Shown in pieces: positions 29,293-39,643 of a DNA stretch of 64,000 nucleotides (position 1 is the first letter of the stretch; the number at the start of each line of letters is the position of its first letter). Location of the stretch: NCBI GenBank assembly GCA_947623805.1, contig CANQHZ010000004.1:4118-68117 (forward strand). The letters are read 5' to 3'. Position numbers and translations under genes: made by a program. The stretch is from an uncultured Lachnospiraceae bacterium. GTDB taxonomy: Bacteria; Bacillota; Clostridia; Lachnospirales; Lachnospiraceae. The notes below the pieces were generated by a model. The model did no database searches. It had not been told where the DNA came from and saw only the letters and a list, made by a program, of their open reading frames with translations.

Positions 29293-30795
29293 ATGAGAAA
29301 ATATAATATATTTCTTGTAATAATAATGGCAGTATTGTTTATAACTTCTTGCGGCAATTCAAATCAAAATGACAGCAGCCGCGCGGAAACGGAAGAATCG
29401 CAGACTGGCAGCGGCACGGAAACGGAAGAATCGCAGACTGGCAGCGGCACGGATGAAGTATTGGCAGAAGATGAGGATAGTGACGACGAGGAGACGCAAA
29501 CTGATGAGGAAAGGGATGGACACAAGTCAAAAATCAGGAATATGAACTGCCAAGAGTTTGATGAGCTTCTTTCAACTCTGCCAGTAAGTGTGGTGCGCAC
29601 ACAATATATTGTCCAAGATGAAGAATATAAAATACTTTATCCTGATATGCTGCAGGCAGTTATCGAGAACAATTCTGATAATGATATTAAAAATGTCACA
29701 ATAGCATTTGCAGCATGGGATGAGCATAATCTGCCAGTGAAGATTATGCAAAAAAATGGTCAGTCAGAAGGGGCGTATATTCAGCAAGTGAGCTACGACG
29801 ACGTTAATCTCGTGCCAGGCGGTACTTATGGCGAAGACGTGGGATATAAAGTTGATGAAACTTGTGAAATCAGTTCGTTTAAAGCAATAGTTGTCGATTA
29901 TGAAACATTTGACGGGAAAAAATGGAAAAATCCATATTATATTTACTGGACCTCTTTGTATGAAGGGGTGAAATATACAGATGATATGTCGATTAAGGTA
30001 TTGGTTATAGATGATGAAGCTTATACAGGAAAGGCTAATGAGGACGGGAATGCATCAGTTTCAGGGAATATAAGCGGGGATGAATTAGAAGCACAGATAA
30101 GCGAGCAGGAAGTCAGGGTCATTTCAACAAAATATGTAATTCAAGACTTGGAAGATAAAAAGCATTATCCTGATGGTCTTCAGGTAATTGTTCAAAATGA
30201 TTCAGGTGATGAGATTAAAGATTTGGTTTTGGCATATGCGGCATGGGATAAAAATAACCTTCCTGTTATAGTTAAACCCCAAAAAGCTCCTTCGGAAGGC
30301 GCATATGTGATCCAGACAAAATGTGGCGGCATTAATCTAGTGCCAAATGCAACTTATGGCGAAGATGTTGTTTTTGAGCTTGATGAAAGCTGTGAGCCTG
30401 ATTTTTTCAAGGCGATAGTTGTTAGCTATGAAACATTTGAAGGCAAGACTTGGAATAATCCATTGTTTAACAAATGGCGTAATATATACGAAGAAAAGAA
30501 ACTGGCAGATAATTCAGTTCCAAATGATGAAGACAGCACAGATTCTGGATTGATGATTGGCTCAAGGACAATAGCGGAAATCAGGCAGGAACTGGTGGAT
30601 GGATTGGAAAAAAGAGGGTTGCATGAGTATGTGGATTTAATTCGGCAGAGTCAAGATGATGACATAGATTATGCAGATTTTATCGAACTGCTAAATTCAG
30701 TCTTTCCAGGCTGGGAGAGCGAGTCGTATATGCACATTGATGCATATATGGATTTGCTTATAAAATATATTATAGAATTATGCGCAAATAAATAA
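29293..30795 (+). CDS. Lipoprotein with two tandem DUF5780-like domains
   Basis: Lipobox FITSC; duplicated YPD.LQ...N.S...AWD..NLPV domain. Confidence 0.75.
   Translation: MRKYNIFLVIIMAVLFITSCGNSNQNDSSRAETEESQTGSGTETEESQTGSGTDEVLAEDEDSDDEETQTDEERDGHKSKIRNMNCQEFDELLSTLPVSVVRTQYIVQDEEYKILYPDMLQAVIENNSDNDIKNVTIAFAAWDEHNLPVKIMQKNGQSEGAYIQQVSYDDVNLVPGGTYGEDVGYKVDETCEISSFKAIVVDYETFDGKKWKNPYYIYWTSLYEGVKYTDDMSIKVLVIDDEAYTGKANEDGNASVSGNISGDELEAQISEQEVRVISTKYVIQDLEDKKHYPDGLQVIVQNDSGDEIKDLVLAYAAWDKNNLPVIVKPQKAPSEGAYVIQTKCGGINLVPNATYGEDVVFELDESCEPDFFKAIVVSYETFEGKTWNNPLFNKWRNIYEEKKLADNSVPNDEDSTDSGLMIGSRTIAEIRQELVDGLEKRGLHEYVDLIRQSQDDDIDYADFIELLNSVFPGWESESYMHIDAYMDLLIKYIIELCANK
29384..29449 (+). repeat. 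Perfect 2 x 33-bp tandem repeat (ETEESQTGSGT)
   Basis: Direct inspection. Confidence 0.95.
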
Positions 30796-31003
30796 TGATA
30801 TGCAAAACGAGTAAGGCAACCATTGAGACATAGCACAAAAAATAAATTTTTATATAGTAATATTATAATCCCGCCTGCCAGTTTTGGCAGATGTTATGCA
30901 GCATAAAAAGCGTATGGAGCAGTTGCTGATTGTATATATATATGATTGCTGCCATGCGCCTTTTTGTGCGCAATAGCAACTATGGCAGTGGGTGTTTTTT
31001 GAA

Positions 31004-31036
31004 TTGACTAATTGCACAAAGTAGTATAAAATAAGA
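31004..31036 (+). promoter_or_regulatory. Copy 2 of the repeated 33-bp sigma-A promoter
   Basis: TTGACT-N17-TAAAAT. Confidence 0.75.
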
Positions 31037-31200
31037 TTAAATCGGATGAGGCGAGCAAGAAATTAAAGCAGAAAGAAATGGAAGCAAATCTCATTGGTAT
31101 TTTGACCAAAGTGGATTAATGAATTGTATTTGCAGCATTTGTGGCAGTTGGGAAAACGATGATTGTAACAACTTAGGAACAGAAAGAAGATGAAAAAGCA

Positions 31201-32571
31201 ATGGACGATGAAACAGAAAAGACACTTGATAAATGCCCTCAATGTGGAAATGAAATATCAAATACTGCGAAAAAATGTATTCACTGCGGCTATTTAATAA
31301 AGAAACCTAAAAAGAATTTTTTACCAAAGGGAACGGGCATTACAACGATAGTAATTTTGACGATTATAATAATACTCGGTATCGGACTTGTTGTTTCTAT
31401 GAACGGACTAAATGAAGAAGAAAAAGAAAGTGTGGCGCAAGTAATGAGCGCTATTACAAGTATTGAAGTAGAAAAAGACAATGACGATGCAGATATTCGC
31501 AAAGCAGAAAGATTATATAATTCCCTTTCGGCAAAATGCCAGCATTATGTTAAAAACCATGACAAATTAATATCTGCTAGAGCGGAATATGATAATCTTA
31601 AAGCTAAAGAAACGATGGAGCTGATTGAACAAATAGGAACGGTTACGCTGGACAGCCAAAATGCTATTGAAGATGCAAAAAAAGCTTATAATGCGTTGTC
31701 AGATGAACAAAAAGCATTGGTGGATAACAAAGAAAATATATCAAATGCAATGGAACAGCTATTGAATTTAAGACTGGAAGATGCAACAGCAAAAATTTCC
31801 GCAATAGGAGCGGTTACACTAAATTCAGAAGAAAAAATAAAAGAAGCAAGAAGTGCATACGACAGTGTTCCCAATAGTGATAAGAGTAAAGTAAATAATT
31901 ATGATGTACTGCTTAAAGCAGAAGATGATTATACTGAACTATTAATAGCTAATTGCATAACACTAATAAATAATATTGGGCAAATTACGTTAGACAGCAA
32001 AAATGACATAGACAACGCTAAACAAGCGTATGATTCACTTTCAAAAGAATCAAAAGAAAAAGTTACAAATTATGATGTGTTGATAAATGCTGATATTGCA
32101 TATAAAGAACTCAAACAAGAAGAAGCAGATAAGGAAAAAATACTTAATCCTGGCGATTCATTCAGTACATCTAAATGGCAGGTGACATATAAAAAGACAA
32201 ATATTTCAGCTAAGGTATTTCCTAATAATACAAATGGATACTATTCATACTATTATGCTTCTGATGATAAAACATTTGTGGATGTAATATTTAATATAAA
32301 AAATATTGATGTCGATATTCTTGGTATTGATAACTTAATAGGCAGTTGTGAAATCGAATATGGTGATACAACTTATACTAAAAGTTATAATTTGTATACT
32401 AGCAATGGTTCTGATATAGATAAGGTATATTCTTGGGATGGATTAGATGCGCTTAATTCAACAACCCTGCATGTTGCAATTAGTATGCCGAGGGAGGCGC
32501 AGACGAATGACAAATCCATAACAGTAAGGCTTACTATTGCAGGAGAGGAAAAAATCATTAATGTAAGATAG
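31201..32571 (+). CDS. Zinc-ribbon + TM + four ~57-aa helical repeats surface protein
   Basis: CPQC...CIHC, TM helix, repeated IG.VTL.S...I..A..AY..L....K..V.NY unit. Confidence 0.8.
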   Translation: MDDETEKTLDKCPQCGNEISNTAKKCIHCGYLIKKPKKNFLPKGTGITTIVILTIIIILGIGLVVSMNGLNEEEKESVAQVMSAITSIEVEKDNDDADIRKAERLYNSLSAKCQHYVKNHDKLISARAEYDNLKAKETMELIEQIGTVTLDSQNAIEDAKKAYNALSDEQKALVDNKENISNAMEQLLNLRLEDATAKISAIGAVTLNSEEKIKEARSAYDSVPNSDKSKVNNYDVLLKAEDDYTELLIANCITLINNIGQITLDSKNDIDNAKQAYDSLSKESKEKVTNYDVLINADIAYKELKQEEADKEKILNPGDSFSTSKWQVTYKKTNISAKVFPNNTNGYYSYYYASDDKTFVDVIFNIKNIDVDILGIDNLIGSCEIEYGDTTYTKSYNLYTSNGSDIDKVYSWDGLDALNSTTLHVAISMPREAQTNDKSITVRLTIAGEEKIINVR

Positions 32572-32778
32572 GTTGAGCTTTTAAGGATTATAAGTGTGAT
32601 TATATTGCCTGCCAAGGGGGAAGGACATTATAAATATTGCATGACAATATAGCCTAAACGACTACATAAATATGCATGTGGACGTTTAGGCTGTTGTTAT
32701 ATAGTATCTAGTTTTATATGTAAAATAAAAAAATAGTATTGTTTTTTGACAGTAAATATATTGAGCTTTTATTTCAAA

Positions 32779-32811
32779 TTGACTAATCATACAAAGTAGT
32801 ATAAAATAGGA
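32779..32811 (+). promoter_or_regulatory. Copy 3 of the repeated 33-bp sigma-A promoter, upstream of the toxin island
   Basis: TTGACT-N17-TAAAAT. Confidence 0.75.
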
Positions 32812-32929
32812 ATAAATCAGACAAAAAATAATAGCGTAGCATTATAGGGCATGCGGCTTACTAATTTTGAATAGTGTCATAAGACACAAATTGCCAATAA
32901 TTATTGTATAAAGATGTCTAAAATTACGA

Positions 32930-34378
32930 TTGAAATTGGAGGTTAAAAAATTGGTAAATCGAGTAAAAAGAAGTATATCATTAATGCTGATTTTTTTTAT
33001 CACATTTTTATCGATTGCTTGCGAAAGTGAGTCAACAAATGCATATATATCCAATTCAAACGTACAAATTATTACGGAAAATATAGATACGGAGAATATA
33101 GAAGCAGAAAGCATAGAAACAGAAGATATAATCACAGAATTTATTACAAGTGAAATATATCTTGAAGAACTTGTTTTAGCTGAGGATAAAATATCAGAGC
33201 TTCTTCTTGAGGAAGAAACAATAAATGAGGTGATGCTATGCAAGACTATTTATGTGCCTCAAAATAATATAGAAGAATTTTCAGAAAATAGTCAGACAGC
33301 TCAATTGTTTGGGGAAGGAATTGACATAGCTCCCTTACTTAAAAAAGTTGCTTTAGGTACTGGGGTAATCGTTGCACTTGTTGTATTAAAAACGGCAGGA
33401 CTTCCGCAGCCGATTGCAAGTATTGTGTGTGCAGCGGCTGATAAATCATTAAAATTCGCGGGCTCTGGCGCGGTGATGGGTTCGCTTCTTGGTGGATTAA
33501 CAGGTGAAGCAGATGCAATAGATGCTTCGGGAAGAACATCGGCAGTTATAGGTTTTGCAACGGCGGTTGCAGGATTGATTGTTACAAGCATATCTTTAAT
33601 ATCATTAGTTCCTTCAGCAGGAAGCACAACTATTACAGCTGCGGAAGGAATAAAATTGGTTATTGCTGGAGTATCATTAGTGGCGGCATCTGCGGGAACG
33701 GCACATATGGGTGCCAATTTAGTTAAGGCATTTACATCGACAGATTATGAAGATATAGATTGGGGGAATATAGACTGGGAAAAAGCAGGCGTTTCTTCGG
33801 CAGAGAGGGCAGTTAGATATGGGACAGACGGATACATGTGGGGTTCTGTTATTGGAGCAGTTTATGGAGGAGCTGAGGGATATGAATTTTACCAAAAATA
33901 TAATACACCATATACTAAATATGAGGTACGTTTGAAACATACACCGATAGATGGCAGTGGAGGAAAATGGAGCGGAAAACGAGGAGATTCTGACTATATT
34001 CTTGATAAACCTATTGAACTTCCAGATGGAACAAAAATAACAAAAGTGACATACAAAAATGCTGTTCCAGATTTTTCGCCTTATCAAAAAGCGCAAGTTA
34101 AAATATCAAAGATGACGGATTACAGATATGAAAACTTTAAACAGGCAGACGAGGTGCTTTCAGAGTATTGGAGCAGAATAAAGTATAACGGAAAAACATG
34201 GACAGCTCGTGACGTTGAAATATATCGTACTAACAATAATTTGACCTGGCATGAAATGAATAATATGGAATCAATGCAGTTAATTCCGTTGGATGTAAAT
34301 CAGAGATTTATTCATTATGGCGGAGTTGCAGAATATAAAGCTATGATAGGGCAGGAAGTGGTGAGCGAATTTGATTAA
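32930..34378 (+). CDS. Polymorphic toxin-like protein: signal/lipoprotein-like N-terminus, hydrophobic Gly/Ala helices, C-terminal WHH-type HNH nuclease
   Basis: LTWHE...MQLIP...IHYGG C-terminus; start uncertain. Confidence 0.78.
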   Translation: MKLEVKKLVNRVKRSISLMLIFFITFLSIACESESTNAYISNSNVQIITENIDTENIEAESIETEDIITEFITSEIYLEELVLAEDKISELLLEEETINEVMLCKTIYVPQNNIEEFSENSQTAQLFGEGIDIAPLLKKVALGTGVIVALVVLKTAGLPQPIASIVCAAADKSLKFAGSGAVMGSLLGGLTGEADAIDASGRTSAVIGFATAVAGLIVTSISLISLVPSAGSTTITAAEGIKLVIAGVSLVAASAGTAHMGANLVKAFTSTDYEDIDWGNIDWEKAGVSSAERAVRYGTDGYMWGSVIGAVYGGAEGYEFYQKYNTPYTKYEVRLKHTPIDGSGGKWSGKRGDSDYILDKPIELPDGTKITKVTYKNAVPDFSPYQKAQVKISKMTDYRYENFKQADEVLSEYWSRIKYNGKTWTARDVEIYRTNNNLTWHEMNNMESMQLIPLDVNQRFIHYGGVAEYKAMIGQEVVSEFD

Positions 34379-34751
34379 GACATTAAATATTAATATTTGG
34401 GAAAGGGAGTTTTCCCTTTCTGTTGAATATGACTGTTATAAATATGAATCCATTACAGCAGGGCAGATTTTGGCATTGAAGAAATTTGCTGCTCATAATG
34501 ATTGGATTGCAAATTCAAAAAGTTATGTTGAAGAATTTTGCAGAAACCAAGTAATGGAAGATGTCCAAAACGAGAAAAAGGATAATGTATTCAGCTATGT
34601 TAAGCCCGAGTGCATTTTTGTAAAACATGAAAATGACAATCCAAGAGTTGCATTGATGTGTAAATACCGCTATGATGTAGAACATGGATTAGCAGTGGTT
34701 TTTTCGGCAGATGGCACTATAAATGTAGGACCTCAAGATATAATTATGTAA
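34371..34751 (+). CDS. Putative immunity protein (DUF6985-like)
   Basis: Overlaps the toxin stop; YRYDVEHGLAVVF motif. Confidence 0.65.
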   Translation: MIKTLNINIWEREFSLSVEYDCYKYESITAGQILALKKFAAHNDWIANSKSYVEEFCRNQVMEDVQNEKKDNVFSYVKPECIFVKHENDNPRVALMCKYRYDVEHGLAVVFSADGTINVGPQDIIM

Positions 34752-34833
34752 ATTATGGTGTTTGTCGATAATAAAGAATTAAAGGCAAATGGCTCAACAA
34801 ATTTAAAAATAAAATTGTGGAAGGAAGATTATT

Positions 34834-35346
34834 ATGAACAAGATAAAAAGAAATCTGTTGCTGTTTATTATTATTGTGTTTGCTGCAGTTTTAGCGACAG
34901 GGTGTGGCGAAACAACCTATACGGCAGCGTCGGGATTTTTCTATAGCAGTGATAAGGGACACAGCTATGGTGATGGTACAAAAGAATATATAGTTGGAGA
35001 AACTGTATATATGAAAGTAAAGTTTAAGGTAACATCAGATAATAAAAAAATTTCCCAGGTTAAAGTTGTCCTTTCTATCCCAAATGCTCAAAATGTTGAT
35101 GCCAAATATATGGACGGGCAGGTTATTACACCGAATTTTGATGCAGTTAATAATGTAACAGCATATGAATTTACGGCAAATGCATCAAAGGAAGCAAATG
35201 AATCAGAATGTGTAATACAGTTTGTTCCAAATGCGGCAGGCTCAGTTACGATGACACTTGTATATGATGATAATGTAGATTCATCATATGATATTCAAAG
35301 TACATTGGAGTTTGTTGAGGCAGAGGCAAATACTGTGGAGGAATAA
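34834..35346 (+). CDS. Lipoprotein, hypothetical
   Basis: Lipobox LATGC; beta-sandwich-like body. Confidence 0.75.
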   Translation: MNKIKRNLLLFIIIVFAAVLATGCGETTYTAASGFFYSSDKGHSYGDGTKEYIVGETVYMKVKFKVTSDNKKISQVKVVLSIPNAQNVDAKYMDGQVITPNFDAVNNVTAYEFTANASKEANESECVIQFVPNAAGSVTMTLVYDDNVDSSYDIQSTLEFVEAEANTVEE

Positions 35347-35348
35347 GC

Positions 35349-36512
35349 ATGACGGGTTATTGGATTAGGCATAGGCTGTTAGTGACATTATTGTTAAGCG
35401 CTATTTTAGCATTGGCAATGGGTTCTTTATTTGCTTATCCTTATATTGAACAAAGAGCAGATGATTATAATGCGCAAAGCATATATCAAAATACAGATAT
35501 TGATTTTATTGCGCCAGAGCCATCTTTTGAACAGGTTAGCGAACTTTCGGGAACTCATGGGATTTATAAAGTGTTTCCGTTTTTCCTGACTAAGATGGAT
35601 ATTGATGTTAAAGGAGAAACTTGTTCTGCTACAGTGTTGCTGAGTGATCAATTTAAAAATATTGATATTACAATGCATAACCAAAAACGCCTCATAGAAA
35701 AGTCGAATATAGAGTTTGATAACCCGATTTTTGCTGATTGGGAGTTTTGCCATAAGACATCTGCCAAGGTTGGGGATGTATTATTGCTTAATATTGGCGG
35801 AGTTAGTAAAGAATATAGAATCTATGCCATATATGAAACAAACTATATTTATGATGGAGGTACTGTGCTGGCACAGATTAGTGAAGAACAAAAAGAAATC
35901 ATTAGTAAGCAGTCCAACAATAATGGATATTCCAATATGTACATATCTGCAAATGATTATAACGAATGTAAGTCGTATTTAGCAACGGAATATAGACCGC
36001 TTGGCAGACTGAAATCACGTGAACAATTTGATAATGATGAGCAATATCAAATTCATTATGATGCGATAACATCATCAGGATACGCAAACGAAATTACAGA
36101 CTTTCGCATTATGGAAAGCAGTCTTGGCAAAAGCAGTAGCTCATTGCTGATATGGATAGGGGTTTTATTGGCGTTTGCGGTTATAATTGGATTTAATATG
36201 GTATTGGCAGGACGCGGATGCGAAAAAGTGTACTTTACTAAGCATTGCATACCTCAAGGTCAAAATGTAAAACAATATTATAATATATCATTTTTCTTTG
36301 AATCAATATTTACTATTGCTTTGTATGCAGCAATATTGATTATAAGGTGCAATTTATCAAACAAATTTATTTCTGTTAGTGTATATGATATTAAGATTGT
36401 TGCAATACCAGCAGCAGTTATTATAGCTGAAATTGTTAGCTTATATGTAAATTGTTTAACAGTTACGAGAATTGCTGATAGGGTAAAAAGCATAAAAAAT
36501 TATAAAAAATAA
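35349..36512 (+). CDS. FtsX/MacB-like ABC permease (divergent)
   Basis: One N-terminal TM, large extracellular domain, three C-terminal TMs; adjacent to an ABC ATPase. Confidence 0.6.
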   Translation: MTGYWIRHRLLVTLLLSAILALAMGSLFAYPYIEQRADDYNAQSIYQNTDIDFIAPEPSFEQVSELSGTHGIYKVFPFFLTKMDIDVKGETCSATVLLSDQFKNIDITMHNQKRLIEKSNIEFDNPIFADWEFCHKTSAKVGDVLLLNIGGVSKEYRIYAIYETNYIYDGGTVLAQISEEQKEIISKQSNNNGYSNMYISANDYNECKSYLATEYRPLGRLKSREQFDNDEQYQIHYDAITSSGYANEITDFRIMESSLGKSSSSLLIWIGVLLAFAVIIGFNMVLAGRGCEKVYFTKHCIPQGQNVKQYYNISFFFESIFTIALYAAILIIRCNLSNKFISVSVYDIKIVAIPAAVIIAEIVSLYVNCLTVTRIADRVKSIKNYKK

Positions 36513-36559
36513 ATACGATATAATGCTGAATGGATTTTTGTTAGGGTAAATAACTGATA

Positions 36560-37570
36560 TTGGGTGATTTTCCATTGAGAAATGTATATATAAATCTTCA
36601 TATGAATAAAAAGAGAGCATTATTTATAATGTTCATTTTTGCAGTGGTTTTATCTTTATTAAATTTATTTGCAGTATTATCTATAAATACAAATATTGCG
36701 CAGCTAGATTCTCTGCTGCATTCGGATTATATATATTCGGTAGTTGCGCATAAATCTGCGTATAAGAATGATTATTATTGCTTTAATGCGGAGATTTGTT
36801 TTGCTTTGTCTTCAAATGCTGAAACAAGTTTAAATACTGATGTTGTAATGCAGTCAGTTGAATCAGAATATACAGATTCAATTTATTGGAATGCGGATAG
36901 ACTCAGTACGTATGGTATTGCGATTTCAAAAGGAATTGCAAGGAATAACGGATTAAAAGTAGGGGATAAGCTGTATTCAAAGCATATTGTAAATGGAGCA
37001 ATCACAGAATATACCATTGAGCAGATCCTGCCAGAGATTAAAAATGTAAGGACAGTTAAAAAAAGCAACCATAGTAATGGTGTTATTATTATGGGATTTG
37101 ACAATGAATATATTGATAATATTACGCATGTCAGTATTGCATTTACAAATGATTCGTTAGAGGAGTTTTCACTAAAAATTTCAGATATGCCTGAAAACAT
37201 AGTGTACAGATTTGATGAAATAATCAGTATTGGCAAAAACCTGTTGCCATATTTTTTGTTATATTTATTGTTGTCCGTCTTAGGCATTTGCATTTTGGTG
37301 TTTATTATTGTAAAAGAAATAAAATATAATTTTAGAAGGTTAATAATGCTGGGATTTAATGAAAGGGAATTAAATAATTCTTATAATAAACTTGTTTATT
37401 CTATAGGCATTTTGCCAATTTTAATAGCTTTCTTTTTCTCAGTTATGCTTTCGCAATTTTTTGAACTTAGTGTGACGCTGATAGCTAGTTTATTCTGCTT
37501 AATGTTTGCTGAGATTTTTGCATTATTTTTATCGGTAATTATCTTAAAAAAGCGGTTGTGGAGGAAGTAG
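36560..37570 (+). CDS. Second FtsX/MacB-like ABC permease (divergent)
   Basis: Same 1+3 TM topology; LIMLGFNE motif between TMs. Confidence 0.6.
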   Translation: MGDFPLRNVYINLHMNKKRALFIMFIFAVVLSLLNLFAVLSINTNIAQLDSLLHSDYIYSVVAHKSAYKNDYYCFNAEICFALSSNAETSLNTDVVMQSVESEYTDSIYWNADRLSTYGIAISKGIARNNGLKVGDKLYSKHIVNGAITEYTIEQILPEIKNVRTVKKSNHSNGVIIMGFDNEYIDNITHVSIAFTNDSLEEFSLKISDMPENIVYRFDEIISIGKNLLPYFLLYLLLSVLGICILVFIIVKEIKYNFRRLIMLGFNERELNNSYNKLVYSIGILPILIAFFFSVMLSQFFELSVTLIASLFCLMFAEIFALFLSVIILKKRLWRK

Positions 37571-37572
37571 CA

Positions 37573-38337
37573 ATGGATAATATTTTGACAATTAACAATT
37601 TGACAATAAAACTAAAACAGCATACATTGATGAAAAATATTTCTTTTTCTGTAAGTGAGGGAGAAGTATTGCTGCTTTCTGGAGCAAATGGCGTGGGGAA
37701 AAGTACATTATTGAAAACCATTTTGAGATTGGAAATGGAAGGAAAAAAAACAGAAGGAGAGATTATAAGTCGAAGCTTTGGAAACATTCTTGCATTAAAT
37801 ATCAGAGAAATTCAGCAATATAGAGCAAGCATAGCTTATATCCAGCAAAAGGACGATTATTCTGAAATGGGAAATGTTCAGGTAAGAGATATAATTAGCG
37901 AATGCGGTGAGGCAAACTATAGAAATTCACTAAATTATTCAGAGGTAAATGAGCTTATTGATGAGTGGATACCAAGAAGAAAAGATAATAGTCGTGTATT
38001 TGATGCTAAATCAAAACCAGCAAATTTTAGCGGAGGCGAGCAGAGGCTTTTATCAGTGTTGTCTGTAGTTGCAACACGCTCAAAAGCCGAGCTTATGATT
38101 ATTGATGAGCCATTAAATAACCTTGATTTTGTTAATGCAAGAAATATTAGCAATTTGATTAATAAAGCAGTTAGAGAGAATCCGCAAATGGCATTGGTAA
38201 TGGTTAGCCATTGTAGGATTTTTCCGTTTATCAATAAAGAGTTAAGATTAACGTCGGAAAGTATTGTTGATGTTAGTGAATGTTATATGTGCCATAGTTG
38301 CTTTGGTGAGCCTGATGATAATGGATTTTATCTTTAG
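37573..38337 (+). CDS. ABC transporter ATP-binding protein
   Basis: GANGVGKS, FSGGEQR, IIDEP, VSH. Confidence 0.92.
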   Translation: MDNILTINNLTIKLKQHTLMKNISFSVSEGEVLLLSGANGVGKSTLLKTILRLEMEGKKTEGEIISRSFGNILALNIREIQQYRASIAYIQQKDDYSEMGNVQVRDIISECGEANYRNSLNYSEVNELIDEWIPRRKDNSRVFDAKSKPANFSGGEQRLLSVLSVVATRSKAELMIIDEPLNNLDFVNARNISNLINKAVRENPQMALVMVSHCRIFPFINKELRLTSESIVDVSECYMCHSCFGEPDDNGFYL

Positions 38338-38542
38338 AGAGAGGAGGTCTGTGGAGAAATATTAAATGTATATATTCATTATTATAGAGCGAAGATAGAA
38401 ACATATCATTTAGTAAAGACATAGTGGAAAAAGGGTGGTGTTTGTGGTATTATAGTAATGCGGCATAAGTGGTAATATAGGTATTGCAATAGTTATTGCA
38501 GTAAAAAGCTGTTAATCAGAAAAATAAAAAGAACAAAGGAGA

Positions 38543-39100
38543 TTGATTATGAACTTTCTATTACAACTTATTTCTAATTATGGAGTTGAAACTATTATTG
38601 TTATTGGAGTGATCACATTTGGAGGGCTATTTTTAAATGGACAGGCATTGTCAACTCAAAAGGGTAGAATTAAAGATGTGTTGGAACGAAAAAACAAAAA
38701 ATATAATGTTAATAGCAATTCAAAAGAAATAGAAGAAACAGATGATGAAAGCGTTTCTATTACCCCTGATACGATTAGAAAATATGAAACAGAATTTAAT
38801 AAAAAATGTTCTATTCATGGTGTATTGGTTCAAATTATTCCCATTTTCCCGTTGCTTGGTATTCTTGGAACTGTTGCAGGTCTTATGCTGCAGATTCAGT
38901 CAAGCGACATTGAAGGCATGTTAGATTCACTGGATGTTGCGTTGACTACAACTTTGGTCGGACTTATCTTTGCTATAGTGCTTAAATTTTTCGATGCGCT
39001 TTTTCCCTCGCGAATTATTTATGATGTTGAAGTAATGCTGGAGGATTTTGATAAAAAAATAAATATTGCTGAAATGTTTGAAAATTTTAAAGACAAATAA
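38543..39100 (+). CDS. MotA/TolQ/ExbB-family ion-channel protein
   Basis: IFPLLGILGTVAGL...ALTTTLVGLIFAI. Confidence 0.88.
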   Translation: MIMNFLLQLISNYGVETIIVIGVITFGGLFLNGQALSTQKGRIKDVLERKNKKYNVNSNSKEIEETDDESVSITPDTIRKYETEFNKKCSIHGVLVQIIPIFPLLGILGTVAGLMLQIQSSDIEGMLDSLDVALTTTLVGLIFAIVLKFFDALFPSRIIYDVEVMLEDFDKKINIAEMFENFKDK

Positions 39101-39118
39101 TTGTGGGAGTGTAGGCAT

Positions 39119-39643
39119 ATGCGAAAAGTTGGAAGAAGTTCTAAGGGTGATGTAATAATTGATTTGACATCACTGTTGGATGTAATGTTTATTATTTTGC
39201 TTGTTGTGTTATTTGGACAGAAGACAGTTACTGCCGATACACAATCAAAAGCGGAAGAAGCAATAAGCCAAGCTGAAGAAGAAAAAAGGCTGTATGAGGA
39301 GCAGCAGGAAACCTTTAGCAGCATATGGGCTGTATCGGTAATTGTACCCTATGATGAAAATGAGATAGAAAAAAGGCACATATGTATTTTGGAAAAGGGA
39401 GAGGAAATAAAGTCCATCGCTCTTGTTGGTAATGATATTAATGCGAGAGATGAATTTAAAAATTATTTAGTTGATTATATCAAAAAGAATGAGGATAAGC
39501 CGATTATGCTGTCCCTAAATGATGATGATAAATACATTTTATATAGGGATGAGGTTATGGTTAATAACATATTTGATGAACTCATAAAAACATATAGAAA
39601 TGTTTATGTAATTAAAGGCAGCGTAAGTGAGGAAATAAAATGA
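39119..39643 (+). CDS. ExbD/TolR-like protein
   Basis: IDLTSLLDVMFIILLV TM helix with the conserved Asp. Confidence 0.8.
   Translation: MRKVGRSSKGDVIIDLTSLLDVMFIILLVVLFGQKTVTADTQSKAEEAISQAEEEKRLYEEQQETFSSIWAVSVIVPYDENEIEKRHICILEKGEEIKSIALVGNDINARDEFKNYLVDYIKKNEDKPIMLSLNDDDKYILYRDEVMVNNIFDELIKTYRNVYVIKGSVSEEIK

Noticed and set aside
21836-29449. CRISPR-like arrays at the 36-bp (21836-21943) and 33-bp (29384-29449) repeats
   Set aside because: The repeats are directly adjacent with no spacers, are multiples of 3 and lie inside coding regions; no cas genes are present.
31074-31120. Fragment resembling a choline/cell-wall-binding repeat (KWKQI...HWYFDQSGLM)
   Set aside because: It is too short and needs a frameshift, so it cannot be distinguished from chance.
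38543-39643. Zorya (ZorAB) or flagellar stator interpretation
   Set aside because: The partner has an ExbD-type TM motif and no OmpA/MotB peptidoglycan-binding domain, and no ZorC/D/E-like genes were recognised.
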